Shown: in pieces, positions 22,071-33,774 of the stretch | Numbering within the stretch: the stretch's first letter is position 1 | Layout of the letters: each line of letters starts with the position of its first letter | Assembly: GCA_963422205.2 (NCBI GenBank) | Contig: CAXMWX010000005.1 | Span: 672,001 to 736,000, forward strand | Length of the DNA: 64,000 nucleotides | Reading direction: 5' to 3' | Origin: Gammaproteobacteria bacterium | GTDB taxonomy: Bacteria > Pseudomonadota > Gammaproteobacteria > Eutrophobiales > Eutrophobiaceae | Program-made: the position numbers and the translations under genes | The notes under the pieces: generated by a model | What the model saw: only the letters and a program-made list of their open reading frames with translations | Told to the model about the DNA's origin: nothing | Databases searched by the model: none

Positions 22071-23213
22071 ATGAGTAACAGCCAACTTATACAGATGTTG
22101 CGGTTTTTGCTGCGCTCGGTTGTGGCCGGGCTGGCGATTGCCTTTTTGCTGCTGTATGTCTTTCCAGGGATCCTGCCGGAGAGAAATGATAATCGCAAGC
22201 TGCTGGACTTCGTGCAGGATCAGGTGCACGGCCCTGCCTCTTACCGTGCGGCGGTTGATGCCATCTCCCCCGCCGTGGTGAATATTTATGCCACCAGAAT
22301 AGAGCGACAGCGGCTGCATCCTTTATTTCAGGACCCCTTGTTTCAGCGTTTCTTTGATCTTCCTGTACCTGCGGAGCGCCGCAATAACACCTTAGGCTCC
22401 GGTGTCATCATGAGCACTGAGGGCTATTTGCTGACCAATGCCCACGTGATCAGCCAGGCCGATGAGATTACCGTCACCTTGAATGATGGCCGCCGCACCC
22501 AGGCCACGATCGTCGGCATTGATGCCGAGACCGATCTGGCAGTGCTGAAAATCCTGATGCAGAACATCATGGCGGCCACCGTGGCAGATTCAGCCCGGGT
22601 GCGGGCGGGTGATGTCGTGCTGGCTATCGGCAATCCCTACGATTTGGGGCACACGGTCAGCCAGGGGATTGTCAGCGCCACCGGCAGGAAACGGCTGGGG
22701 ATCACCACGTTTGAAGACTTTATTCAAACCGATGCGTTTATCAATCCGGGGAACTCCGGCGGCGCCCTGGTCAACGCCGAGGGCAGGCTCATCGGCATCA
22801 ATACAGCCATCGCCCGCACCGCCGAACAAACCCAGGGGATCGGTTTTGCCATCCCCATCAACCTGGCACGCAACATCATGCAGCAGTTGATTACCCAGGG
22901 CTATGTGATACGTGGCTGGCTAGGTATTGAAGCCCAGGTGTTGCCAAAAGACATTGCCGATGCGGCCGACATCATGGCAGGTGGCGTACTGGTTGCCGGC
23001 GTGCTGACCGGCGGCCCGGCGGCTAAGGCGGGCATCAAGCCGGGCGATATCCTCATCAGCATTAACGGCGAGAAATTGCGTCACCCACAACATGCAATTA
23101 CCCTGATTACCGGTTTCAGACCCGATATGGCGATCACGATCGAGATGATGCGTGGCTGGGAGAGAATGACGCTGGATGCCGTGGTTGCCCAGCGGCCCGG
23201 GTTTGCGAATTAA
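22071..23213 (+). CDS. degS: HtrA-family serine protease DegS/AlgW
   Basis: N-terminal TM; TNAHV, DLAV and INPGNSGG catalytic triad; single PDZ domain. Confidence 0.88.
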   Translation: MSNSQLIQMLRFLLRSVVAGLAIAFLLLYVFPGILPERNDNRKLLDFVQDQVHGPASYRAAVDAISPAVVNIYATRIERQRLHPLFQDPLFQRFFDLPVPAERRNNTLGSGVIMSTEGYLLTNAHVISQADEITVTLNDGRRTQATIVGIDAETDLAVLKILMQNIMAATVADSARVRAGDVVLAIGNPYDLGHTVSQGIVSATGRKRLGITTFEDFIQTDAFINPGNSGGALVNAEGRLIGINTAIARTAEQTQGIGFAIPINLARNIMQQLITQGYVIRGWLGIEAQVLPKDIADAADIMAGGVLVAGVLTGGPAAKAGIKPGDILISINGEKLRHPQHAITLITGFRPDMAITIEMMRGWERMTLDAVVAQRPGFAN

Positions 23214-23216
23214 ATC

Positions 23217-24274
23217 ATGAGCAGGCTCTGGAGTCCGGCAGTGAGGAGGCTGACACCCTATACAGCCGGCGAACAACCGCAGGATGATGGCGGTATTAAA
23301 TTAAACAGCAACGAAAACCCGTGGCCACCCTCGCCGCTGGTGATTGCACGCCTGAAACAGGCGATGGATACAGGTTTGCAGCGTTACCCTGATCCAGACA
23401 GCAGGGCGTTACGGGAGAAGCTGGCCGCCTACCATGATCTCTCGCCTGAGAATATCTTTGTCGGCAACGGCTCAGATGAGGTGCTGGCACATGCGTTCAA
23501 GGCATTTTTTCAACAGCCGCTGCCTATCTATTTCCCGGACATAAGTTACAGTTTCTATCCGGTATTCTGCCAGTATTTTGCGATCAATTACCGGACACTG
23601 GCGGTGAATGCGGCGTTGCAAATCGAACCAGAGGCGTACCCGGAAAAAAACGGCGGGGTGATTTTCCCCAACCCGAACGCCCCTACCGGACACTATCTTG
23701 ACACCGAGAGGCTGGTGGGGTTACTGGAGCGCAACACAGATTCTGTCATCATTATTGATGAGGCGTATATCGACTTTGCCCCACAATCCGCACTGCCCTT
23801 GTGCAGGCAATTTAACAATCTGCTGATCACGCAAACGCTGTCAAAATCCCGCTCCCTGGCAGGTATGCGTATCGGTTTTGCCGCGGGCGATCGAAAGCTC
23901 ATCACCGCACTACAGCGGGTGAAAAATTCTTTTAACTCCTATCCGCTGGACCGGCTGGCGAGCATCGCCGCCATAGCGGCTTATGAGGATGAGGCGTATT
24001 TTCGCCAGCGTTGCCATCACATTATTCAGACCCGGGACTGGACAATGACACAATTAACACAACTGGGTTTTAACGTTCGCCCGTCACACGCCAACTTCAT
24101 CCTTGCCCAGCCGCGGGCTTGAGCGCAAAGGATTACTACCTGGCACTGAAAGCGCTGGGGATCCTGGTACGTTATTTTGACAACGAGCGCATCAACAACT
24201 ATGTGCGGATAACCATCGGCACACCCGAGCAGATGCAGACACTGATTACCGCCAGCCAGCAGGTGCTAAGTTAA
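23217..24274 (+). pseudogene. hisC: Histidinol-phosphate aminotransferase with one frameshift near 24115
   Basis: Motifs KLNSNENP, GNGSDE, NPNAPTG, IDEAYIDF and TLSKSRSLAGMRIG. The C-terminus continues in another frame: LSAKDYYLALKALGILVRYFDNERINNYVRITIGTPEQMQTLITASQQVLS* (stop at 24274). Confidence 0.9.
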
Positions 24275-24374
24275 GCCCGCGCAACCTTGCACAAAATCGC
24301 TATCTGCCACAAACAGACGAATGCCCTGCAAGCCGCCTTGACTGCCCCTTTTAAGTTGACAGGCGATACCCGGC

Positions 24375-25676
24375 TCAGTCTTTGGTGATTCTCAATGCCG
24401 CCGCACCCGCATGGGCAAATAACCCCTCGGCCCTGGCTACCAGCACCGCCGTACCGGCAAGCCGGGATGCAGAACTCTTGCTGCATTTTATGAGTGAGGT
24501 GCGCTTCTGAAAATCATATACCCCCAGCGGCGATGAGAAACGGGCGGTCCTGCCCGTGGGCAAGACATGATTCGGGCCGGCGCAGTAATCACCCAGAACC
24601 TCAGCAGCATAATGCCCCAGAAACATCGCCCCGGCATGGCGTATGTTCCCTGCCAGCCTGTCAGGGTCGGCAACCGCCAACTGCAAATGCTCCGGGGCGA
24701 TCTGATTGGCCACCTGTGCCGCCATCTCCAGGTCGGCCACCTGAATCAAGGCGCCGTTATTCTCAAGTGAGGCCACAATCACAGCCCGCCGGGGCATGGT
24801 CACTAACCGCTGGTCAATGCACTGCTGCACGTTATCAATGATAGCGGCATCCGTGCTGATCAGAATCGCTCTGGCGTCCTCATCGTGCTCGGCCTGGGCA
24901 AGCAAATCCATCGCCAGCCAGTCCGGATCAGCACTGGCATCCGCAATGATGACCACCTCTGATGGCCCGGCGATCATATCAATCCCCACCATGCCAAATA
25001 CCAGCCGCTTCGCTGTCGCCACATAATGATTCCCGGGGCCGACGATCTTGTCAACCGCCGGCACTGTGGCAGTACCAAACGCCAGTGCCGCCACCGCCTG
25101 TGCGCCGCCGATGGAGAAACCATAATCCACGCCAGCAATATGTGCCGCCGCCAGTACTACGGGATTCAACTCCCCTTGCCGTGCCGGCACCACCATCACG
25201 ACCTCATCCACACCAGCCACCCTGGCCGGTACGGTATTCATGATGACCGAGGAGGGATAGGCCGCTTTACCACCAGGGACATAGATACCGACTTTGTCCA
25301 TAGCCATCATCTGCTGACCTAACACCGAGCCATCGGCATCCTCATAGCGCCAGGATTGCTGTCGCTGATGCTCATGGTAGGCAGATACCCGGTCATTGGC
25401 TTGTTGCAGAGCGGCGCGCAATTCTGCCGGTATCTTATCAGCAGCCTCAGCCATCGCCTCTGCCGAGATCCGAATATCGTCAATCGTCACCTTGCGTTGA
25501 TCAAGGCGCCGGGTATAATCCAGCAAGGCCACATCGCCCCTCTCCTGCACATCCTTGAGAATCGTGGTCACCGTTTTAGTTATCTCCGGGTCAAGCCACT
25601 GATTGCAGGCAAACAGCCCCTGTAACTGCTGATCGAAATCAGCATCGGTGTGCGTCAGTCGTTGCAACGCCAGCAT
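24375..25676 (-). CDS. hisD: Histidinol dehydrogenase
   Basis: Motifs GIYVPGGKAAYPSSV, IDMIAGPSEV, QAEHD, APEHL and GPNHVLPT; TGATG overlap with hisG. Confidence 0.97.
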   Translation of the reverse strand: MLALQRLTHTDADFDQQLQGLFACNQWLDPEITKTVTTILKDVQERGDVALLDYTRRLDQRKVTIDDIRISAEAMAEAADKIPAELRAALQQANDRVSAYHEHQRQQSWRYEDADGSVLGQQMMAMDKVGIYVPGGKAAYPSSVIMNTVPARVAGVDEVVMVVPARQGELNPVVLAAAHIAGVDYGFSIGGAQAVAALAFGTATVPAVDKIVGPGNHYVATAKRLVFGMVGIDMIAGPSEVVIIADASADPDWLAMDLLAQAEHDEDARAILISTDAAIIDNVQQCIDQRLVTMPRRAVIVASLENNGALIQVADLEMAAQVANQIAPEHLQLAVADPDRLAGNIRHAGAMFLGHYAAEVLGDYCAGPNHVLPTGRTARFSSPLGVYDFQKRTSLIKCSKSSASRLAGTAVLVARAEGLFAHAGAAALRITKD

Positions 25677-26305
25677 CAATCAATCACCTCCTCTAACGCC
25701 TTTAGCAAAGGAGCAATCGCATCATGCTTCATCTTCATGGCGGCTTTGTTGACGATCAACCGGGAGCTGATTGCAGCGATCGTGGCCAGCGGCACCAGAT
25801 CATTCGCCGCCAGGGTATTGCCGGTATCGACCAGATCGACAATCTGATCGGCCAGGCCCAGCAAGGGTGCCAACTCCATGGCGCCATACAGCTTAATGAT
25901 CTCTACCTGCCTGCCCTGCCGGGCAAAATATTTTCTCGTCGTTGTTACATATTTGGTCGCTATCTTCAAGCGGCCGTTAGTGACAGACCTGTCCTTCGGG
26001 CCAGCCAGCACCAGCCGACATTGGGCAATCTTCAGATCAACCGGCTCATAGACATGTTCACTCGGATTCTCCAGTAACACATCCCGGCCGGCGATGCCGA
26101 GATCAGCACCGCCTTTTTCAACATAGGTCGGGACATCGGCGGCACGCACAATCACCAGGGTGATATCTGGCCGGTTGGTTGCCAAAATCAGCCGTCGCGG
26201 CGCCCCTGGATCGTCCACCGGGCGAATGGCAATCCTCTCCAGCAAGGGCAGGGAGTCTTCCAGTATGCGCCCTTTGGAAATGGCGATGGTGATAGGTTGT
26301 GTCAT
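25676..26305 (-). CDS. hisG: ATP phosphoribosyltransferase, short (HisZ-dependent) form
   Basis: Motifs IAISKGRI, DVPTYVE, ATKY and LYGAMELAP..GLAD.IVDLVDTGNTL; 209 aa. Confidence 0.96.
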   Translation of the reverse strand: MTQPITIAISKGRILEDSLPLLERIAIRPVDDPGAPRRLILATNRPDITLVIVRAADVPTYVEKGGADLGIAGRDVLLENPSEHVYEPVDLKIAQCRLVLAGPKDRSVTNGRLKIATKYVTTTRKYFARQGRQVEIIKLYGAMELAPLLGLADQIVDLVDTGNTLAANDLVPLATIAAISSRLIVNKAAMKMKHDAIAPLLKALEEVID

Positions 26306-26332
26306 GGCTTTACTCAGGCGGGGCAGGCTGTT

Positions 26333-27604
<1,272 letters not shown>

Positions 27605-27859
27605 CTAGCCTAATCGCAGGGATTTTTTCTCCTCCCACTGCCGAGGGGTAAAGGTCTGCATGGACAAGGCATGTATCTCCTGACCCATTTTATCGCCCAA
27701 GGCGGCATAGACGATCTGGTGTTGCTGCACCCTGGACTTGCCGGCAAATTGCTCGCTGACAATCACGGCATCGAAATGGGTCCCATCATCACTCTGCACG
27801 TCAGCCACACAGCCGGGAATGGCGGCCACGAGCATTGCTTCAATGTCATTGGTCTGCAT
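27605..27859 (-). CDS. ibaG: BolA/IbaG family protein
   Basis: HF..IVS..F.GK.RVQQHQIVY.AL...IHALS motif, directly upstream of murA. Confidence 0.88.
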   Translation of the reverse strand: MQTNDIEAMLVAAIPGCVADVQSDDGTHFDAVIVSEQFAGKSRVQQHQIVYAALGDKMGQEIHALSMQTFTPRQWEEKKSLRLG

Positions 27860-27992
27860 GTGTATTCACCTTAGGAAATGGATGGGAAAGTCAGCCCCCC
27901 AGGATAGCGCATCGGATAGCACATCATCATCCCAATCCCCAGGCGGTTAGCGGGAGATGATGCCGGAATTGCGAAGAGAAATTTCAGTAAAA

Positions 27993-28637
27993 CTAATCGA
28001 GCACGGTCTTGGCCAGATTTGCGTTTTTCTCGACCAGCTTCTGGATTAACGAATCAATGCCGTTATTGTTTACCTCCGAGGCGAATGACTGCCGATAGGT
28101 CTTGACCAGATTCACGCCCTGAAATGCCACATTGATCACCCGCCAGTTGCCCGCACTTGGATGCAGCCAGTAATCCACCGGGGTTGCCAGGCCACCGTTA
28201 GCCGAGATGATCTCGGTCTTCACCTTGACGATGCTGGAATTCGGGTTGGAGATGGTTTCGACATAGTTAATGGTCTCATCTGAGTAACCCAGCAGGGCCT
28301 TGGCATAGGTACGCACCAACAGGCTGGTGAACTGACTGGTAAAATCGGCATGTTGTTGGGCCGAGCTGTTTTTCCAAGTGTTTTTACCTAACACGGCCTT
28401 CGACATAAACTCAAAATCAAAGTTGGGCAGGATCAACTCATCAATAACATCATAGATCTTCTCAGGCTGGGCAGCCAGCAGGCCCTGCTCCCGCTTCACA
28501 CGCTCAATAACCCCCTGCACCGTCCCGGTAACGACTTCATGAGGTTCTCTGGCATGCGGCTCTTCGACGGCCGCCAGGGGCGCAGCCGCTATTAAGGATA
28601 TGGACAACAGGGTCACTATCACGGCCCGAACATTCAT
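27993..28637 (-). CDS. mlaC: MlaC/Ttg2D-family periplasmic lipid-binding protein
   Basis: Signal peptide; FDFEFMSKAVLG, LLVRTYA, WRVINV..QGVNLVKTYRQSF and GIDSLIQKL. Confidence 0.9.
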   Translation of the reverse strand: MNVRAVIVTLLSISLIAAAPLAAVEEPHAREPHEVVTGTVQGVIERVKREQGLLAAQPEKIYDVIDELILPNFDFEFMSKAVLGKNTWKNSSAQQHADFTSQFTSLLVRTYAKALLGYSDETINYVETISNPNSSIVKVKTEIISANGGLATPVDYWLHPSAGNWRVINVAFQGVNLVKTYRQSFASEVNNNGIDSLIQKLVEKNANLAKTVLD

Positions 28638-28809
28638 AGTCTATACTCTCCTTGGGGTTAAAAACGCCAATGCCACGGCTAACGGGTGGGCATTTTACCG
28701 ATAGACATGGCATCAAGACAAGCGTTTCCGGCATAAAAGTTCCGCCCAAAGCGCACCATGCCGACTGCATCTATAACCATCATCAGCAGATACTTTGCAA
28801 ACCTCAGGA

Positions 28810-31305
28810 TCAAAATGGCCGCCAAAGCAGGAGCAGCCGGGGTAACAGGGTCAGGGCGGCCAGCAAGGCAATAAACATGGCCAGGGCGGTCAGCAGGCCG
28901 AAGTAAATCGTCGGAATAAAGTTCGACATCACCAGGATAGAGAAACCGATAATGATGGTAATAGCGGTGTAGAAAACCGCCCGACCGATATTGGCATGGC
29001 AGTAGTACATGGTTTTGACATAGTCCTGCCGCTTGCCGTATTCCTCTCTGAAACGATAGATATAATGGATGCTGTTATCAACGGCGATGCCGATGGTGAT
29101 GGCGGCAATGGTGATTGTCATCATATCCAGCGGGATATTAAGCAGGCCCATCAGCCCAAGGATGATCGCCGCCGCCAGCATGTTCGGAATGATACCGATG
29201 ATCGCCAGGGAGATGGAGCGGAACAAGATAACCAGCATCAAGGCGATACCCGCCATGACCAGGCCTAAGGTTTCGATTTGTGATGAGAACAGGCTCTGCA
29301 ACATGTTATTGTACAACACCATCATGCCACTGATTTGAAACTCATCCGGCCCCAAGCCAAGTTCATGTTCAAGATCATAACGTATCTGCTCCAGCAGTTG
29401 TTTACGCCTGAGATCAGGCAGGGAATCCAGTATACGCAGGCTGATCCGTGCTTCATTATTCTCAATGGAGATATAGGGCGTAATGGTGCTGGCCTTGATC
29501 TCATCCGGCATCTTTTTATTGATGACACCTAACTCAAAGGCATCAAAGGCCACGCCTTCGTTTAACTCTTCGGCCAATCGCAACACATTCGCCAGCGACT
29601 GCACCTTGCCCACCGCTTCAAGCCCGTCAAGGTAATCATGCACGGACTTAATGCGATCGATCTTAAATTCCGTAAACCAGGCATCGGCCGGGTCTTCAGG
29701 CTCCTCATCGAACGTGCCAAACAAATCATCTATATCGGAGAACTCATCATCACCACCCTCTGCTGGCTGTGCATCGACAACAGCAGGCCGATGCTCTGAG
29801 TCAAAGTTGATGATGATATCCAGCGGTGTCGTACCGCCCAGCTTCTCATCGATAATTTTCAGGCCCTGGTAGATTTCCGTATCCTTGCTGAAATAATTAA
29901 TAAAACTGTTCTCCACGATCAAACGGCTTATCCCGTAAGCACTGACAACAGCCAGCAGCAGGGCGGCCACCAGCACTTTATTGCCGTGTCTCTCGGTCAG
30001 ACCTGCCAGCACCGCGGTGAACGGCACGGTTTCACTCTCATGCACTTTGGTCTGTTTATCAAACAGGGCCAGCACCGCGGGAAAAACAATAAACGAGGTC
30101 AGGAAGATAACCGCCAGCCCAAGGGTCATCATCCAGCCAAAATCAATCACCGGTTTGATATCGCTGACCACCAGGGAGCCAAAACCTATCATGGTGGTCA
30201 ATGCGGTATACAGGCAAGGCAGGGCCATTTTCTGCGTGGTGTTCAAGACCAGCTGATGTTGCGACATGTCGGGAAAATCACGGCACAACTGGCGGTAACG
30301 CACGATCAGATGCACATTCATGGACATGGTCAAGATCAGCATCAACGAAATAAAATTCGATGAGATGACCGTCACCGGCCGGCCAGCCAGCCCCAGAATA
30401 CCCAGCATGACAGTCACAGCGAACAGGCAGCTTAACAGCGGCAGCAAGACAAATCGGGGCTGGCGAAACACGATCGACAACATGAACACCAAAAAGACAA
30501 ACACACCGGCACCAAACATCGCCAGATCATTTTTAATGAAGGTGATCATGTCATCGGCGATCATCGGTACGCCGCCAAGATAAAGCTCGCCAGAACTTTG
30601 ATAGCGCGCAATGATCGCCCTTATCTGCTCAATATTGCTGTGATTCTCCTTGTCCGCCTGTTGTTTTAATTCATTGTATTGCAGCAGGATATCCGGCAAC
30701 TCGCTGTGCTCTGCCGCCGTCAAACCGTCAAGATTGCGCTTGATCAGCAAGCTGTTTTTCTTTTTCTGTAATTCTGCGAACTCCTCTCTCGGCCGCAGAT
30801 TGATCAACAAGGCGGTGGCATCGCCAGCAGCACTGATGATCAGATCCTTAAAGATCGGGCTGGTGATTAATTCCTCTCTGGCCTTGCCCCTGTCAACAGT
30901 CGGGTCATCCAGCGTGCGGTAGTTCTCAACAATCTCAGACAAGCTGCCACCGACTATCTTCACCAGCGGCACATCCAGCAGGGAGACCACGGACTCGACA
31001 TGGTCCAGCTGGCTTAACTCCTCTCTCAAGCTGGCGATGACATGCAGCGATTCTGGCGAGAACAGATCCGCATCCGGCACAAAGACCACAAACAAAAATT
31101 CCCGGGTGTCATAACGCTCGTTCAAATCTCGAAAAACCCGCAGATCATCATCGCTTTCCAGGATCAGCGAATCTGCCGAGGCATCCAGCCGAAAGTGCTG
31201 GCCGAAATAGGCCATGCTGGCAAATAGCAACACCACCACAAACAAGGTGAGCGTCGGCCTGATGAGAATAATGCGGGCGTAAATTTCAGCAAGGCGGGTC
31301 GGCAT
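28810..31305 (-). CDS. MMPL/RND-family inner-membrane transporter
   Basis: 831 aa with a duplicated architecture (TM, periplasmic loop, 5 TM); GIAVDNSIH proton-relay-type motif and TTMIGFGSL. Confidence 0.88.
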   Translation of the reverse strand: MPTRLAEIYARIILIRPTLTLFVVVLLFASMAYFGQHFRLDASADSLILESDDDLRVFRDLNERYDTREFLFVVFVPDADLFSPESLHVIASLREELSQLDHVESVVSLLDVPLVKIVGGSLSEIVENYRTLDDPTVDRGKAREELITSPIFKDLIISAAGDATALLINLRPREEFAELQKKKNSLLIKRNLDGLTAAEHSELPDILLQYNELKQQADKENHSNIEQIRAIIARYQSSGELYLGGVPMIADDMITFIKNDLAMFGAGVFVFLVFMLSIVFRQPRFVLLPLLSCLFAVTVMLGILGLAGRPVTVISSNFISLMLILTMSMNVHLIVRYRQLCRDFPDMSQHQLVLNTTQKMALPCLYTALTTMIGFGSLVVSDIKPVIDFGWMMTLGLAVIFLTSFIVFPAVLALFDKQTKVHESETVPFTAVLAGLTERHGNKVLVAALLLAVVSAYGISRLIVENSFINYFSKDTEIYQGLKIIDEKLGGTTPLDIIINFDSEHRPAVVDAQPAEGGDDEFSDIDDLFGTFDEEPEDPADAWFTEFKIDRIKSVHDYLDGLEAVGKVQSLANVLRLAEELNEGVAFDAFELGVINKKMPDEIKASTITPYISIENNEARISLRILDSLPDLRRKQLLEQIRYDLEHELGLGPDEFQISGMMVLYNNMLQSLFSSQIETLGLVMAGIALMLVILFRSISLAIIGIIPNMLAAAIILGLMGLLNIPLDMMTITIAAITIGIAVDNSIHYIYRFREEYGKRQDYVKTMYYCHANIGRAVFYTAITIIIGFSILVMSNFIPTIYFGLLTALAMFIALLAALTLLPRLLLLWRPF

Positions 31306-31461
31306 AATGGCTGTCTCTAACTATCATCAGCGACATCGGGGGAACGTGCCTGACAGTTTTTGTTTCTCAAAGTACAGTTATTTTTCTTAACATGGCGCTT
31401 GTATGATAAACTTTATCGTGAAAAAATTAAATTTAACATTAAGCTCAAGATCAAGTCACTG

Positions 31462-31905
31462 ATGATATATCACACGCTGCTCCGTGTTGCCCTGCTGCTG
31501 CTCTTGCCCGCCAGCCTGACAAATAGCCTGGCAGATAGCACGGCAGGAGCGGGGCGTCCGGCCCCGGCAGAGGCAGCCGTGTATTTTATCTCGCCTGTGG
31601 ATGGTGCCATCGTAACCAGTCCGGTACTTATCCAGTTCGGACTGAAAAACATGGGCATCGCCCCGGCCGGCATACAGATGCCGGAGACCGGGCATCACCA
31701 CCTGCTGATCAACACCCCCCTGCCTGCACTCAACCAACCGATACCCAGCGATGATAAACACCGTCACTTTGGCAAGGGTCAGACGGAGGCTGGCATCGAA
31801 CTGCCCCCCGGTGAACACCGGCTACAGCTCCTGTTGGGCGATTTCGCCCACATACCGCACACCCCGCCGGTCATGTCCGAGGTGATCACTATTACGGTGG
31901 AATAA
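31462..31905 (+). CDS. DUF4399-family periplasmic protein
   Basis: Signal peptide from ATG 31462; VYFISP.DG, GHHHLLI, HFGKGQTE and L.PGEHRLQLLLGD..H.PH. Confidence 0.8.
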   Translation: MIYHTLLRVALLLLLPASLTNSLADSTAGAGRPAPAEAAVYFISPVDGAIVTSPVLIQFGLKNMGIAPAGIQMPETGHHHLLINTPLPALNQPIPSDDKHRHFGKGQTEAGIELPPGEHRLQLLLGDFAHIPHTPPVMSEVITITVE

Positions 31906-31916
31906 GTACACTGTAC

Positions 31917-32516
31917 TTAATCAACAGGCAGGACAATCTCGCCCGCAACAATCCCGGCCACCGTGCTGACATACAAGCGGTGTTCCTGCCGCTGCACCCG
32001 GGCGGCCAGATGCTTGATGGTATCCCCCGGCCTGATCTTGACCCGGCACTGGGCCAGCACCGGCCCGGTATCATAATCCTTATCCACCAGATGCACAGTC
32101 GCCCCGGTCTCCCGCTCCCCTGCTGCCAGCACCGCCTGATGGACTTTTTTGCCATACATCCCCCGCCCACCATAGGCTGGCAACAATGACGGATGGATAT
32201 TCACTATCCTGTGCTGATAAGTACGCACCAGGCCGGGCCCGAGTTTTCTCATAAACCCGGCCAGGATGACCAGATCAACGCCATGTTCATCCAACACTCG
32301 CAAGCTGGCCTGTTCCAACGCGGCGGCCTCTGGGTGCGTAACACGGCTGAGGTGGTAAGCGGGAATACCGCTCTCCCTGGCATATTGCAGGGCGCCCGAT
32401 TCGGGGTTGTTACTGATCACAAGCACCGGTTCGGCGGCGATCCTGTGCGCTCGGCAGGCGGCGATGATCGCCTGCATGTTCGAGCCGTTATGCGATGCAA
32501 AAAATCCCAGCTTCAT
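31917..32516 (-). CDS. purN: Phosphoribosylglycinamide formyltransferase
   Basis: Motifs SHNGSNMQAI, LAGFMR, NIHPSLLP and TGATVHLV...YDTGP. Confidence 0.93.
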   Translation of the reverse strand: MKLGFFASHNGSNMQAIIAACRAHRIAAEPVLVISNNPESGALQYARESGIPAYHLSRVTHPEAAALEQASLRVLDEHGVDLVILAGFMRKLGPGLVRTYQHRIVNIHPSLLPAYGGRGMYGKKVHQAVLAAGERETGATVHLVDKDYDTGPVLAQCRVKIRPGDTIKHLAARVQRQEHRLYVSTVAGIVAGEIVLPVD

Positions 32517-33664
32517 ATTATGCTAACCTGAAAGCCCAGGGCACACAGCGTATCCTGCAAGCGATCAGCCTCGCCTGACAACGCCACCTGCCGGTGTGCA
32601 AAACCGTAACGGGGCGGGTAGTTCGCCCGCAGCGCATCAAACAAATCACCGGGGGATGGTGCTGGCAATTCAATCAGACGATGCAAGGCAGCGCTGTCGA
32701 CACGCACATCATAGCTGCTTAACACGGCCTTTTTGATCAGCGTCAGGTCGGTCTTGGCCGTATCAGCGGCCAGCTTTACCTCTGCCAGCGCCGGGATTGG
32801 CAACTCAGGCAAGCGAGGCGGCCTTGGCCGCCCCATACATGCCAGCAACTGATCATATACCATGCAGGTGGCTCGCCGCCGGGCATCCAGGCTGTAGCCG
32901 GCGATATGCGGGGTCGCAATACTCGCCCGCTCAAGCAGGGCGGTATTGATATGCGGTTCATTCGTCCAGACATCCAGCACCACCTGCATCCGGGGCCTTT
33001 GTGCCAGAGAATCCATCAGCGCCTGCTCGTCTATCACCTCGCCGCGGGCGGTGTTAATCAGGATCACAGCGTCTTTCAGCTGCTGCAAAAATGCCGCATC
33101 AACCAGGTGGCGCGTCGGGTAGGGGCCGGTATCTGTCAAGGGGACATGGAGGCTGATAACATCAGAGCGCATTATCTCTTCTATCTCCCGAAATGGATAA
33201 CCACCGGCAGCATCCAGGATAAAAGGATCGTACACATGAACCGATAAGCCCAAGGCCCGTAACTGCCCTGCCAGCGATGAGCCGACATGCCCGTAACCGA
33301 TGATGCCAATCTGCCAGCCGTTCATATCCAGGGCAGCCTGCTCATCAAGACCAAAAAGACTGCTGAGTACATATTCACACACTGCTGGTGCATTGCAGCC
33401 CGGGGCATGGAAAAAACGGATATCCGAGTCTTGCAAATACGCCAGATCAACATGATCAACACCGCTGCTGGTGCTGGCCACATAGCGCACCGGGGTGCCG
33501 GTCAGCAAGGCACGATCCACAGTCGTCACCGTCCTGACCAGCAACACCTCGGCATCGTGCAACACAGACGGCGTTATCTCCCGGCCGGGGACAAGCTCAA
33601 TCTCACCCAGATCAGCAAACACCGCCAAGACATGGGGAATAGCCGCATCGGCGATGATCTTCAT
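32513..33664 (-). CDS. pdxB: 4-phosphoerythronate dehydrogenase
   Basis: Motifs MKIIAD, APGCNA..V.EYV, GIIGYGHVG, SLHVPL, INTARG and ATPHIAGYS. Confidence 0.93.
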   Translation of the reverse strand: MKIIADAAIPHVLAVFADLGEIELVPGREITPSVLHDAEVLLVRTVTTVDRALLTGTPVRYVASTSSGVDHVDLAYLQDSDIRFFHAPGCNAPAVCEYVLSSLFGLDEQAALDMNGWQIGIIGYGHVGSSLAGQLRALGLSVHVYDPFILDAAGGYPFREIEEIMRSDVISLHVPLTDTGPYPTRHLVDAAFLQQLKDAVILINTARGEVIDEQALMDSLAQRPRMQVVLDVWTNEPHINTALLERASIATPHIAGYSLDARRRATCMVYDQLLACMGRPRPPRLPELPIPALAEVKLAADTAKTDLTLIKKAVLSSYDVRVDSAALHRLIELPAPSPGDLFDALRANYPPRYGFAHRQVALSGEADRLQDTLCALGFQVSII

Positions 33665-33774
33665 GCATCAAGATGAAGTAAAAACCCCGACCGTATGCCC
33701 GCATTGCATGGCTGTCGATAAGGATGATGCGGCAAAAGACAAACCGTTCGATATAATGATCACACCGGCGCTGT

